Assembly: GCA_011321775.1 (NCBI GenBank)
Contig: DROT01000127.1
Location: forward strand, 1,144 to 65,143
Source of the DNA: Gammaproteobacteria bacterium
Lineage (GTDB): Bacteria; Pseudomonadota; Gammaproteobacteria; DSM-19610
DNA length: 64,000 nucleotides
Reading direction: 5' to 3'
This document shows positions 20,819 to 28,939 of the stretch, piece after piece (within the stretch, counting starts at the first letter, position 1; the number at the start of each line of letters is the position of its first letter). The position numbers and the translations under genes were made by a program. The notes beneath the pieces were generated by a model. The model was not told where the DNA came from and did no database searches. It saw only the letters and a list, made by a program, of their open reading frames with translations.

Positions 20819-21910
20819 ATGGGATTCAAATGTGGAATCGTGGGCCTGCCGAACGTCGGCAAGTCGACCCTGTTCAACGCCCTGACGCGGGCCGGCATCC
20901 AGGCCGAGAACTACCCGTTCTGTACCATCGACCCCAATGTCGGCGTGGTGCCGGTGCCGGATCCGCGTCTCGATCGCCTGGCGGAAATCGTCAAGCCGCA
21001 ACGCGTGCTGCCCACCACCATGGAGTTCGTCGATATCGCCGGCCTGGTGGCCGGTGCCTCGCGCGGCGAGGGCCTGGGTAACAAGTTTCTCGCCAATATC
21101 CGCGAGACCGATGCCATCGTGCACGTGGTGCGCTGTTTCGAGAACGAGAACGTGGTGCACGTGGAAGGACGCATCGATCCCCTGTCGGACATCGAGGTGA
21201 TCGATACCGAACTGGCGCTGGCGGATCTGGAGACGGTCGAAAAGGCGCTGCTGCGGGTGAGCAAGGTGGCCAAGAGCGGAGACAAGGAGGCACGCGCCAG
21301 GTTGGCCGTGCTGGAGCCGCTGCAGGCGCACCTGGCTGCGGGGCACATGGCACGTACCCTGGAGCTGGATGAGGAGGCGCGGCTGCTGCTGCGCGAGCTG
21401 CACCTGCTGACCCTCAAGCCGACCATGTACATCGCCAATGTGGCGGAGGACGGATTCGAAAACAATCCCAATCTCGACGCCGTGCGCGAACTGGCGCGGA
21501 AAGAGGGGGCCGAGGTGGTGCCGGTCTGTGCCGCCATCGAGGCCGAGCTGCTGGAACTCGACGAGGAAGAGCAGCAGGCCTTCCTGGAGGAACTGGGACT
21601 CGATGAACCCGGTCTCAACCGCGTGATCCGGGCCGGCTACCGGCTGCTGGGTCTGCAGACCTATTTCACCGCCGGCGTCAAGGAAGTCCGTGCCTGGACC
21701 GTGCCGGTCGGTGCCACCGCCCCCCAGGCAGCCGGCGTCATCCATACCGATTTCGAAAAGGGGTTCATCCGCGCCGAGGTGACTTCCTACGAGGACTTCA
21801 TCGCCTGCGGTGGCGAACAGGGTGCCCGCGAGGCCGGCAAGCTGCGGCTCGAAGGCAAGGATTACCTCGTCCGCGACGGCGACGTCATGCACTTCCGCTT
21901 CAATGTGTGA
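20819..21910 (+). CDS. ychF: Redox-regulated ATPase YchF
   Basis: [44 protein letters not shown]. Confidence 0.98.
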   Translation: MGFKCGIVGLPNVGKSTLFNALTRAGIQAENYPFCTIDPNVGVVPVPDPRLDRLAEIVKPQRVLPTTMEFVDIAGLVAGASRGEGLGNKFLANIRETDAIVHVVRCFENENVVHVEGRIDPLSDIEVIDTELALADLETVEKALLRVSKVAKSGDKEARARLAVLEPLQAHLAAGHMARTLELDEEARLLLRELHLLTLKPTMYIANVAEDGFENNPNLDAVRELARKEGAEVVPVCAAIEAELLELDEEEQQAFLEELGLDEPGLNRVIRAGYRLLGLQTYFTAGVKEVRAWTVPVGATAPQAAGVIHTDFEKGFIRAEVTSYEDFIACGGEQGAREAGKLRLEGKDYLVRDGDVMHFRFNV

Positions 21911-21911
21911 C

Positions 21912-21940
21912 TGGACAGGAGGAGCCCGAATCCCTACAAT
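21912..21940 (+). promoter_or_regulatory. Sigma70 promoter for tRNA-Met
   Basis: TGGACA-N17-TACAAT plus a GC-rich discriminator, about 45 nt before the tRNA. Confidence 0.65.
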
Positions 21941-21986
21941 CTCGCCTCTTTCCGCAACCGCCACGCGGCGCGGAACACCGAATAAT

Positions 21987-22063
21987 GGCAAGGTAGCTCA
22001 GTTGGTTAGAGCACAGCACTCATAATGCTGGGGTCGGCGGTTCGAATCCGCCCCTTGCTACCA
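21987..22063 (+). tRNA. tRNA-Met (CAT), elongator type
   Basis: GGCAAGGTAGCTCAGTTGGTTAGAGCA...CAGCA-CTCATAA-TGCTG...GGTTCGAATCC...CCTTGCTACCA. No fMet GGG/CCC anticodon stem. Confidence 0.95.
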
Positions 22064-22319
22064 GGCATGAAAAAGCCCGCACAAGCGGGCTTTTTCATGC
22101 CTGGTAGCAAGGGGTGTTACGGAGAATCGGCTCCGGTTCGAGCGCTTGCGCAGCAAGCACAGACGAAGCCGCGCAGCGGCGGAGCCCGGAGGGGCGCGAC
22201 GGCCGCGAGGCCGTCGCGATCAATCCGCCCCTCGCCGTTGCAGCGTAACAGCCCGCACAAGCGGGCTTTTTCATGCCTGGTAGCAAGGGGTGTTACGGAG
22301 AATCGGCTCCGGTTCGAGC
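22045..22319 (+). repeat. tRNA-linked duplication: perfect 30-bp hairpin that includes the tRNA 3' end, plus a 70-bp identical direct repeat (period 176)
   Basis: 22051-22080 pairs with 22085-22114. 22074-22143 is identical to 22250-22319. AATCCGCCCCT occurs at 22045 and 22222. Confidence 0.92.
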
Positions 22320-22365
22320 CGGCGAACGCCCCGGCCATCCGGTCGTCGTTTCCGGCTGCGCGGGG

Positions 22366-22388
22366 TTCGCGGGCAAGCCCGCTCCTAC
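22366..22388 (-). repeat. GTAG-family REP palindrome
   Basis: Minus strand reads GTAGGAGCGGGCTTGCCCGCGAA: a GTAG tetranucleotide followed by a GC-rich palindrome. Confidence 0.7.
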
Positions 22389-22440
22389 AGGGGGAAGGGG
22401 TGGGGCGGGTTGGGCTGGACTGTTGCGCTGCGATTCAGGT

Positions 22441-23577
22441 CTACGCGAGGTTCTTCTTCCAGGCCATGCCGAACAGACCGGCCGCGCCGCTGGCGAACAG
22501 CCAGACCGCGGCCGGCAGCGGGACAGCGGCCACCGACAGGGGCGCGCCCAGATCGATCCAGAATGCCTCTCCCGGATTGTTCCACGCGGCCAGCTGGCCT
22601 GCCACGAGATAGCGGCCGTCGGTGGACACGGCACTCGCCACCTCCAGCCTGGCCAGCGCGTCACCGGCGAAACCGGCGGCCAGCAACAAGTCTTCCAGCG
22701 TGCGCCAGCCGTTGGCGGCATCCCAGATCGCCGCTTTCGATGCATTGCCGGTCAACAGCGGATCGTTGATGCTTCCCACGGCGAAGAATCCGTCCGCGGT
22801 GGTATCCCATACCTGGGAATTCGCGACGCTGCCGCCGATGTCCTGAATCCCGAGTCCCTGCTCCCAGCGGAAGCTCGTGCCACCCGCCACCTGTCCGAAC
22901 ACGATGCGACCGTCGCTTGAGACAGCGCGAGCCTCCTCGGCACCGAGGCCGGTGGAGTCCAGCACCGCACGTACCCTGGTACCCGGAACAGTGCCGGCAG
23001 TCCAGACAACGGCCTGGTTGATGCCGTTTATCCTGCTGCGACCGACCACCACCGAGCCGTCACCCGAGACATCCAGCGCGGCGCCCTGCGATAGGACGGA
23101 AGGATTGCCTGCCGCGTCCCACGCCACGGCCGATTCACCCGTGCTGAAACCGTCCTGCGGCTGCTTGCCCACCACGGTGGAGCCATCGTCGGTCAACGCC
23201 GAGGGGCCGAGGCCGATGATATCGGTGCGTCCGGAGGTCGCCGGGAGATCAATGAAACCCGATGCCGCCGAGTACTTGAAATTGTCGGTCGCCAGACCGG
23301 TGCCCGCGAGGGTCGAGCCGTCGCGGGATATGGAGTTGAATGCGCCCCGTCTTCCCGGCACGGTCACCACACCCTGGGTCGTCGTCCAGTACTGGGGAAC
23401 CGACGTCTGTATGGGGGCGAAGGAACCCACCACGGTCTGGCCATCGCCCGATATGCCGAACCCGTTGCAACAACCATAGACTTGGCCGAGGGAAACCACT
23501 TGCGCGCTTCTGGCAAGCGGCATGGCGCCCAGGCAAAGGATCAACAAGCCGGTCAGCGTCGGAAGTCGGAATCTCAT
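22441..23577 (-). CDS. Secreted HAF-repeat-like protein with VPLPA-CTERM (PEP-CTERM type) sorting signal
   Basis: N-terminal signal peptide, repeated (G/A)(I/V)SxDGx(V/T)VVG units, C-terminal VPLPAAVWLFASGAAGLFGMAWKK. Confidence 0.88.
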   Translation of the reverse strand: MRFRLPTLTGLLILCLGAMPLARSAQVVSLGQVYGCCNGFGISGDGQTVVGSFAPIQTSVPQYWTTTQGVVTVPGRRGAFNSISRDGSTLAGTGLATDNFKYSAASGFIDLPATSGRTDIIGLGPSALTDDGSTVVGKQPQDGFSTGESAVAWDAAGNPSVLSQGAALDVSGDGSVVVGRSRINGINQAVVWTAGTVPGTRVRAVLDSTGLGAEEARAVSSDGRIVFGQVAGGTSFRWEQGLGIQDIGGSVANSQVWDTTADGFFAVGSINDPLLTGNASKAAIWDAANGWRTLEDLLLAAGFAGDALARLEVASAVSTDGRYLVAGQLAAWNNPGEAFWIDLGAPLSVAAVPLPAAVWLFASGAAGLFGMAWKKNLA

Positions 23578-23666
23578 GGCATCACCTCGTTTGCCAAGTG
23601 GGGCTGTCTGTCATACCCCCCCGAAGCTGGCATGGTAGATTGGAGCATGAACGGTCTTCCACGGCA

Positions 23667-23797
23667 TGCAATATCCATGCGATGGACGCGAATATTAAAA
23701 TACCCGATACAGAACAGTAGGTTGTAATATCGTTTGGAGAACAAACGAAGCAGGATTTGTAAGGTCTTCCTTACATCGGGTTCGGAATTCCTTACAC
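23667..23797 (-). promoter_or_regulatory. Degenerate sigma54-like element plus upstream TGTAAGG-N4-CCTTACA palindrome (PEP-CTERM-type enhancer candidate)
   Basis: Minus strand TCGCATGGATATTGCA at 23682-23667 (conserved -25 G is C). Palindrome at 23758-23775 and an extra CCTTACA half-site at 23790-23796. Confidence 0.45.
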
Positions 23798-23874
23798 CCC
23801 GTTCGGTGATAGTGGAGTGGCTGAGCGCCCGGGCGCGTGCCTGACCGGTCGAGAAAACGGTTCAGACCAGCCCA

Positions 23875-24000
23875 TCAGCCATCCCCGTCCCATGCTCGCA
23901 CCAGCTTGTTGCGGTTGTGATCGACGCCCGGGCTGTCGGCGCCGCACTGGAACAGGATGAACGCCGGCCTACCGACCTGAAGTTCACCACGCCGGAACAG
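23875..24000 (-). pseudogene. Remnant resembling the C-terminal part of a histone-deacetylase/AcuC-family gene
   Basis: Start-less frame LFRR...PAFILFQCGADSPGVDHNRNKLVRAW recalls the HDAC motif PEFILxQCGADSLxGD and the YN...LAR.W segment. In-frame TAG immediately upstream. Confidence 0.4.
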
Positions 24001-24006
24001 CCTGAG

Positions 24007-24042
24007 CTATTATTAACCCGACATATCAGGTTGCCTGGTTAA
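24007..24042. repeat. AT-rich palindromic repeat, copy 1
   Basis: ctattattaacccgacatatcaggttgcctggttaa matches 37571-37606 at 33 of 36 positions. Confidence 0.85.
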
Positions 24043-24071
24043 CAGGAGCGGAACCGGCCCCGGGAACAATC

Positions 24072-24269
24072 ATGACGAAGTTTGTGGATCTGCTCAGGCT
24101 GGCGGAGCGCGCCAAGGAAGACGTGTATTTCGCCCGTCTGGATCGCAAGTTGATTGCCGCACTGCACAGGCGGGCAGGGGCTGCGGGCGCGGATCAGACT
24201 GACCGTGCTCCTCTACCGCAGCCGGATTCTTCCGGGAACAGCCGCACCGACAAAAACCGAAGCTCCTGA
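24072..24269 (+). CDS. Small protein (65 aa) with an IF1/ATPase-inhibitor-like helix
   Basis: GGGA ribosome-binding site before ATG. ERAKEDVYFARLDRKLIAALH. Confidence 0.6.
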   Translation: MTKFVDLLRLAERAKEDVYFARLDRKLIAALHRRAGAAGADQTDRAPLPQPDSSGNSRTDKNRSS

Positions 24270-24285
24270 CGCCGGCGCACTTCGT

Positions 24286-25968
24286 CTAGACGTTTTCCTT
24301 CTGTAATTCCTTCGGCAATGCCGTCCGGGCTATCCGTTTGGCCAGGGTATAGATGCGTTTCACGTTCTCCGTCAGTTCCATTTCCACGCGGAACAGTTCC
24401 AGTCGCGGGCCGGTGGTGACAGCCAGTTTTCGTGCCTGGTGTTCGAGTACGGCATGGATCTTCCCGTCGAGCACCCGCTTCAGTGAGAGTACGTCGCGGG
24501 CTGCATGCTCGTCACGCTTTTCCACGGCGAGGATGGCCTTGTCGACGGCCTGTCGAGTGGTGCTCATCATGTCGTTGAGGGCGGCCTGCATGGTTTCGCT
24601 GACGGGAAGCTCTTCCTCCTGCACCCGGTAACCCAGTTTCAGAATATCGCTCTCGATGACGTCGCCAATGCTCTCCAGGTTGTCCGTGGCACTCATGAGA
24701 TCGAGAAACTCGTCGCTCTCCGCCTCACTCAAGGGCTGCTTGTGGATGTTGCCGAGGTACTCGATGATATGGGCATAGAGGATGTCCACCTGGTCGTCCA
24801 TCCTCGCAATGGCTTCCAGATGGTTGCGGCCCTTTTTCAGGAAGCCCGGCTTTATCCGGGCCAGCATGTTCTTCACCAGTTCGCCCAGGTGCCCGAATTC
24901 CAGCCGTACGCGGTCGAGTGCCAGTGCCGGCGTTTCGACCAGTACCTCGTCGAGGTATCTCGGCTCGACGAGAAGCCGTTCCTCTCCCTTTTCCTTGTCG
25001 GGCACCAGCCAGCAGGCCAGCCGTGCAAAGCCGTCGGTGAAACCGATGAACAGCAGGGTGTTGACTACGTTGAAGGCCGTGTTGGCGTTGGCGATCTGGC
25101 GCGGTGTCTCGGCAGCCATCCGGGCGACGCCCTGAAGTTCCGGGTGGGTCGGTGACAGCCAGGTGGCAAAGGCCGCCAGTTCGGGTATGAAGCCCACCCA
25201 CAGTACCACGCCGAAGACGTTGAACAGCACGTGAACCACGGATGCGCGGATGGCGTCCCTGGGTTTGCCGATGGAAGCCAGCAATGCGGTGACGCAGGTG
25301 CCGATGTTGGCGCCGAGTGCGAGGGCGATGCCGCTGGAGAGTGTCACGAAGCCCTGACTGGCGAGTACGATGATGATGCCGGTGGTGGCCGACGAAGACT
25401 GGATCAGCGCCGTGAACACGGCGGCGACCAGGATGGCCATGGCCGGATTCTCCATGCGTGCCATGGCATCCAGGAAGGGCTGGTAATTGCGCAGCGGCTC
25501 CATGCTCTCGCTCATGATGCTCATGCCGAAAAAGATGAGTCCCAGTCCCATGACGATGTTGCCGTAGTAGCGGGTCTTTTCCCGTTCGGAAAAGAACTGC
25601 ATGGCGAAGCCTGCCGCGATCAGCAGCAGGGCGATCCTGGTGATCTTGAAGGCCACGATCTGGGCGGTAACCGTGGTACCGATATTGGCACCCATGATGA
25701 TGCCGACCGACTGGCTGAGCGATAGCAGGTTGGCCGAAATGAAACCGACGACCAGCACCGTGGTGATCGACGAGGACTGGATGATGGCGGTAACGAAGGC
25801 GCCGGTGGCCGCGGCGAGGAAACGGTTGCCGGTGACGCGCTTCAGTATGGCCTTCATCTGGCCGCCGGCGGCCGCCTTCAGCGCGTCGGACATCTTGTCC
25901 ATGCCATAGAGGAACAGGGCCAGTCCCCCGGTCAGTCCCATCCCCATCTGTGCCCAGTCCATCGTCAT
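24286..25968 (-). CDS. Na/Pi cotransporter (PNaS, YjbB/NptA-like) with PhoU-like C-terminal domain
   Basis: IIQSSSITT and LIQSSSATT repeats, GANIGTT / GANIGTC, helical C-terminal domain. Confidence 0.93.
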   Translation of the reverse strand: MTMDWAQMGMGLTGGLALFLYGMDKMSDALKAAAGGQMKAILKRVTGNRFLAAATGAFVTAIIQSSSITTVLVVGFISANLLSLSQSVGIIMGANIGTTVTAQIVAFKITRIALLLIAAGFAMQFFSEREKTRYYGNIVMGLGLIFFGMSIMSESMEPLRNYQPFLDAMARMENPAMAILVAAVFTALIQSSSATTGIIIVLASQGFVTLSSGIALALGANIGTCVTALLASIGKPRDAIRASVVHVLFNVFGVVLWVGFIPELAAFATWLSPTHPELQGVARMAAETPRQIANANTAFNVVNTLLFIGFTDGFARLACWLVPDKEKGEERLLVEPRYLDEVLVETPALALDRVRLEFGHLGELVKNMLARIKPGFLKKGRNHLEAIARMDDQVDILYAHIIEYLGNIHKQPLSEAESDEFLDLMSATDNLESIGDVIESDILKLGYRVQEEELPVSETMQAALNDMMSTTRQAVDKAILAVEKRDEHAARDVLSLKRVLDGKIHAVLEHQARKLAVTTGPRLELFRVEMELTENVKRIYTLAKRIARTALPKELQKENV

Positions 25969-25996
25969 GCGCAGCCGGCGGTGTTTCGTGCGCCGT

Positions 25997-26308
25997 TCAG
26001 CGGAGCGGGCGCCAGCCGCCGTCGAAGGCGGCCAAATCGTCAGCGGCGAGGCGTCCCTTGACGTACAGCCGGTCCAGGGTTTGGCGGTCGAGAGCCTGAG
26101 CCTTGCCCGACGCGTCCAGATACTCCCACTGCCCGTGGATGACCAGCAGGAACATGGTTTCCATGATGTCGTCGAGCCGGATACGGTATTCCGACGCGAG
26201 CCGGCCGAAATCCTCCAGCGTCAGCGGGGTCGTCTTGCGACGCTGTTCATCGAGCGCGAGGGACGCAAGGGCGACGTCCCATTTCGGGTGATCTTCGCTT
26301 GTGGGCAT
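25997..26308 (-). CDS. Hypothetical protein (~103 aa)
   Basis: ORF 28 nt upstream of the Na/Pi gene on the same strand, GGAG ribosome-binding site. Confidence 0.7.
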   Translation of the reverse strand: MPTSEDHPKWDVALASLALDEQRRKTTPLTLEDFGRLASEYRIRLDDIMETMFLLVIHGQWEYLDASGKAQALDRQTLDRLYVKGRLAADDLAAFDGGWRPLR

Positions 26309-26714
26309 GTACGGGCTCCTCACTGGCTGCGGTGTTCATTGTACCGGGAATCCGCTTTTTGCTCGCGATTTGCGACACTTGCGCTGCCATTGGCGTGCTT
26401 CGCCGGATGATGAGAGGGTGACGTGCAGGCCGCCAACCGCCTCATTTGGTTATTTGACCTACTTCATGCTGATTCTATTTTTCCGATGCTCGGAAGCGCG
26501 GCTCAGGTTGTTGCCCATGGACGTCTGTTTACCCGTTTTCGTCTCGTCTGTCGTCGATTGGAGACGCTGCGATGTATTGCAAAACAAGTGCTTGGACTTC
26601 CTCTGGAGGCGTCTGTCTTCGGTTGGGGACGCTTTTGGTGTCGCACCTGCGGCGACGGCCTCTGCAGATGAGCGGATGCTGAAAAACCATTTATAAAATA
26701 GTGCGTTGCGTGGT

Positions 26715-26730
26715 TGGCATGAGCGTTGCT
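26715..26730 (+). promoter_or_regulatory. Sigma54 (-24/-12) promoter
   Basis: TGGCATGAGCGTTGCT is GG-N10-GC with near-consensus flanks, ~105 nt before the Fn3 lipoprotein ATG, with an AT-rich tract upstream. Confidence 0.75.
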
Positions 26731-26836
26731 AGTAGGGGGCAGGCCGGTGGTTATCGATTTGCCCCGTTCAGGTACAAGTTTGGTCTGCCGTTACGGTGAC
26801 TGGTTGCTGGAAATTCCAGCAGGGAAGTTTGATGTC

Positions 26837-27289
26837 ATGGAACGTTGTCTTAAAGTAATTCGCAAGATCCGCATCCTGCTGATAGTCATGCCACTGCTAT
26901 TGACCGGTTGCGGCGGGGGTGGTGGTGGCGAAACCGTTGCCGGGAGTGATGTCGGGACCGGTACGACAACCGGCGGTGGTTCGACAAGCGGCAACACCAC
27001 GGTGGCCGCCCAGCAGGTCGGCGCCGCCCGACTCAGTTGGCAGCCGCCCAGCCAGCGGGTCGATGGAGAGAGCCTCTCCCTGAGCGAAATCGGTTCCTAC
27101 CGGATCTATTACGGTACCCGCTCCGGACGATACGACTACAGAATCGAGATTTCCGACCCCAGCACCACATCCTACGTTATCACCGACCTGCCCGTGGACA
27201 CCTATTATTTCGTGCTCACGACCGTGGACGTGGACGGGCGCGAAAGTGGCTATTCCACCGAGGCGGTGAAGCGGGTCACCTCGTCCTGA
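26837..27289 (+). CDS. Lipoprotein with Gly/Thr linker and fibronectin type III domain
   Basis: Lipobox LTGC. ARLSWQPP...YRIYYG...YYFVLTTVD..GRES is an Fn3 pattern. Confidence 0.85.
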   Translation: MERCLKVIRKIRILLIVMPLLLTGCGGGGGGETVAGSDVGTGTTTGGGSTSGNTTVAAQQVGAARLSWQPPSQRVDGESLSLSEIGSYRIYYGTRSGRYDYRIEISDPSTTSYVITDLPVDTYYFVLTTVDVDGRESGYSTEAVKRVTSS

Positions 27290-27373
27290 ATATCCAGGGA
27301 ACAGCTATCCACTTTCCCCTGCATGCTTTCGTCATCGCAGGAGGAACCCTTCGTTACGGTCGGGGTTTCAACC

Positions 27374-27598
27374 TCACTGGGCCACGGATCGACAGCGGCA
27401 TAGCTGGGACTGGATAAGTCTCATGAGTTCGGCCAGGTCCATGTGTGCCGGTACTTCCCGTATGTCCGAGAACCAGATATCCTCGATCTGACCGTCTTCC
27501 TCGGCGACGTGTTCGCCAACCAGCGGCAGGCCGACGAAAATGCCCTGCCGGCCGTTTTCCAGGCAGACCGTCACCAGTTGTAGCGGGATGGGTTTCAC
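27374..27598 (-). CDS. Small hypothetical protein (74 aa)
   Basis: GTG start 6 nt after AAGGAG, own sigma54-type promoter. Confidence 0.7.
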   Translation of the reverse strand: MKPIPLQLVTVCLENGRQGIFVGLPLVGEHVAEEDGQIEDIWFSDIREVPAHMDLAELMRLIQSQLCRCRSVAQ

Positions 27599-27653
27599 TG
27601 TGCACTCCTTCGGTTCCGGCTATCGGAACCACTAATGTGCCCATAGATATTTT

Positions 27654-27669
27654 TGCATAACTTGTGCCA
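27654..27669 (-). promoter_or_regulatory. Sigma54 (-24/-12) promoter
   Basis: Minus strand TGGCACAAGTTATGCA, GG-N10-GC. Confidence 0.7.
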
Positions 27670-27687
27670 ACTATGGGTTGCCACGCC

Positions 27688-28194
27688 ATGATCGAGGTCG
27701 TCGAGGGCGATATTACGCGGCTGGATGTCGATGCCATCGTCAATGCAGCCAACAGCAGCCTGCTGGGCGGTGGCGGCGTCGATGGCGCGATTCATCGTGC
27801 CGCCGGCCCCGAACTGCTGGAATATTGTCGCGGCCTTGGCGGTTGCCCGGTCGGAGAGGCGCGTATCACGCCCGGCTTCCGCTTGCCGGCGAAGTGGATC
27901 ATCCACACCGTTGGTCCCGTATGGCACGGCGGCAATCGCGGTGAGGCGGAACTGCTGGAGCGGTGCTACCGTAACAGCCTGGAGCTGGCGCTGGAGCACG
28001 CCATTCGCAGTATCGCCTTTCCATCCATCAGTACCGGTGCCTACGGCTATCCACCCGATCAGGCGGCAGGCATCGCGGTTACCGTGATGCGGGAATTCGA
28101 GCCCCGTTTCGAGCGCATTATCGCCTGCTGTTTTTCCGCCCGGGACGCCGATCGTTATCGGGCGCTGCTGGAAGTTCCGTCTTCGTCACGGTGA
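27688..28194 (+). CDS. Macrodomain O-acetyl-ADP-ribose deacetylase (YmdB-like)
   Basis: [53 protein letters not shown]. Confidence 0.95.
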   Translation: MIEVVEGDITRLDVDAIVNAANSSLLGGGGVDGAIHRAAGPELLEYCRGLGGCPVGEARITPGFRLPAKWIIHTVGPVWHGGNRGEAELLERCYRNSLELALEHAIRSIAFPSISTGAYGYPPDQAAGIAVTVMREFEPRFERIIACCFSARDADRYRALLEVPSSSR

Positions 28195-28357
28195 TCCTTG
28201 CCGCGAGGGGCTGTGCCAGGGAACGCCGCGACGGGAACCGGCTGCCCCCTGCAGGTCGCACAGGAAGGCGGGCGGGTCGGTTCCGCCGGCTCTTCAATCA
28301 TGCGACAGGCGAGTTGGCACTGGTTTTACCTGCGCCCGAAAATCCAGGGTATCCCGC

Positions 28358-28939
28358 CTACAGTTGCTGAAAATAGGCGGTTTCTTCCGCACTGAGTGGT
28401 GGCAAGGCACTTTCTCCCGACTCTTCGGGCGCGAGCTCGGCGGCCGGGGGCGCCTCGTCGACGGCGGTGGGCAGGCTGGTATCGGTGATCTGTTCCCGTC
28501 CCGGGTTCATCCGTTCCAGCCACAGGCCGGTTTCGCCATTGACCTGCAGTGCCCGGTAACGGAACAGCTTCAGCGAGGGGCAGGAGGCCAGCACTTCCCT
28601 GGCCCCCGGGGGGAAGTCCTCGCTGACCACGACCAGTCGCGGAGGCCGCTGTTTCTGCTGCAGCGCATCGTGAACCTGGTTGATCCAGGGGAGGGCGGCC
28701 GACAACTGCTCCAGCAATTGCAGGCCGTTGAGCAGCGCCATTCTCGCCTGTTCCGCATCGAAGCTGACGACGACCGGTTGCTGGTCCGCGTCGGCCAACA
28801 GCATGGCCTGGGCTTCCCACGGCAGGCGCGGTTCCAGCACGACACTGCCCTTACCACCCAGGTTCTCCGCGGCGTCCAGCAACAGCGAGCGCAATCGTTC
28901 CGGGTCGCGTAGCTGCGTGTTTTCGATGTGCAACGTCAC
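28358..28939 (-). CDS. Hypothetical protein (193 aa)
   Basis: GTG overlaps the upstream stop (GTGA). Alternating beta/alpha pattern, PRLVVVS and FRYRALQVNGETGLWLE, acidic Pro-rich tail. Confidence 0.75.
   Translation of the reverse strand: MTLHIENTQLRDPERLRSLLLDAAENLGGKGSVVLEPRLPWEAQAMLLADADQQPVVVSFDAEQARMALLNGLQLLEQLSAALPWINQVHDALQQKQRPPRLVVVSEDFPPGAREVLASCPSLKLFRYRALQVNGETGLWLERMNPGREQITDTSLPTAVDEAPPAAELAPEESGESALPPLSAEETAYFQQL

Noticed and set aside
18190-22319. CRISPR array or prophage attL/attR interpretation of the tRNA-linked repeats
   Set aside because: Only two copies per locus, no unique spacers of uniform length, no cas genes. The duplicated tRNA ends are only ~175 bp apart with no integrase between them.
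22025-22920. Track ORFs over the tRNA-Met repeat region
   Set aside because: They translate palindromes and repeats or the antisense strand of the VPLPA-CTERM gene; no ribosome-binding sites or domains.
26301-26720. Small ORFs or a c-di-GMP riboswitch upstream of the Fn3 gene
   Set aside because: No convincing coding signal, and no GEMM tetraloop/receptor core recognised; treated as sigma54 promoter and enhancer DNA.
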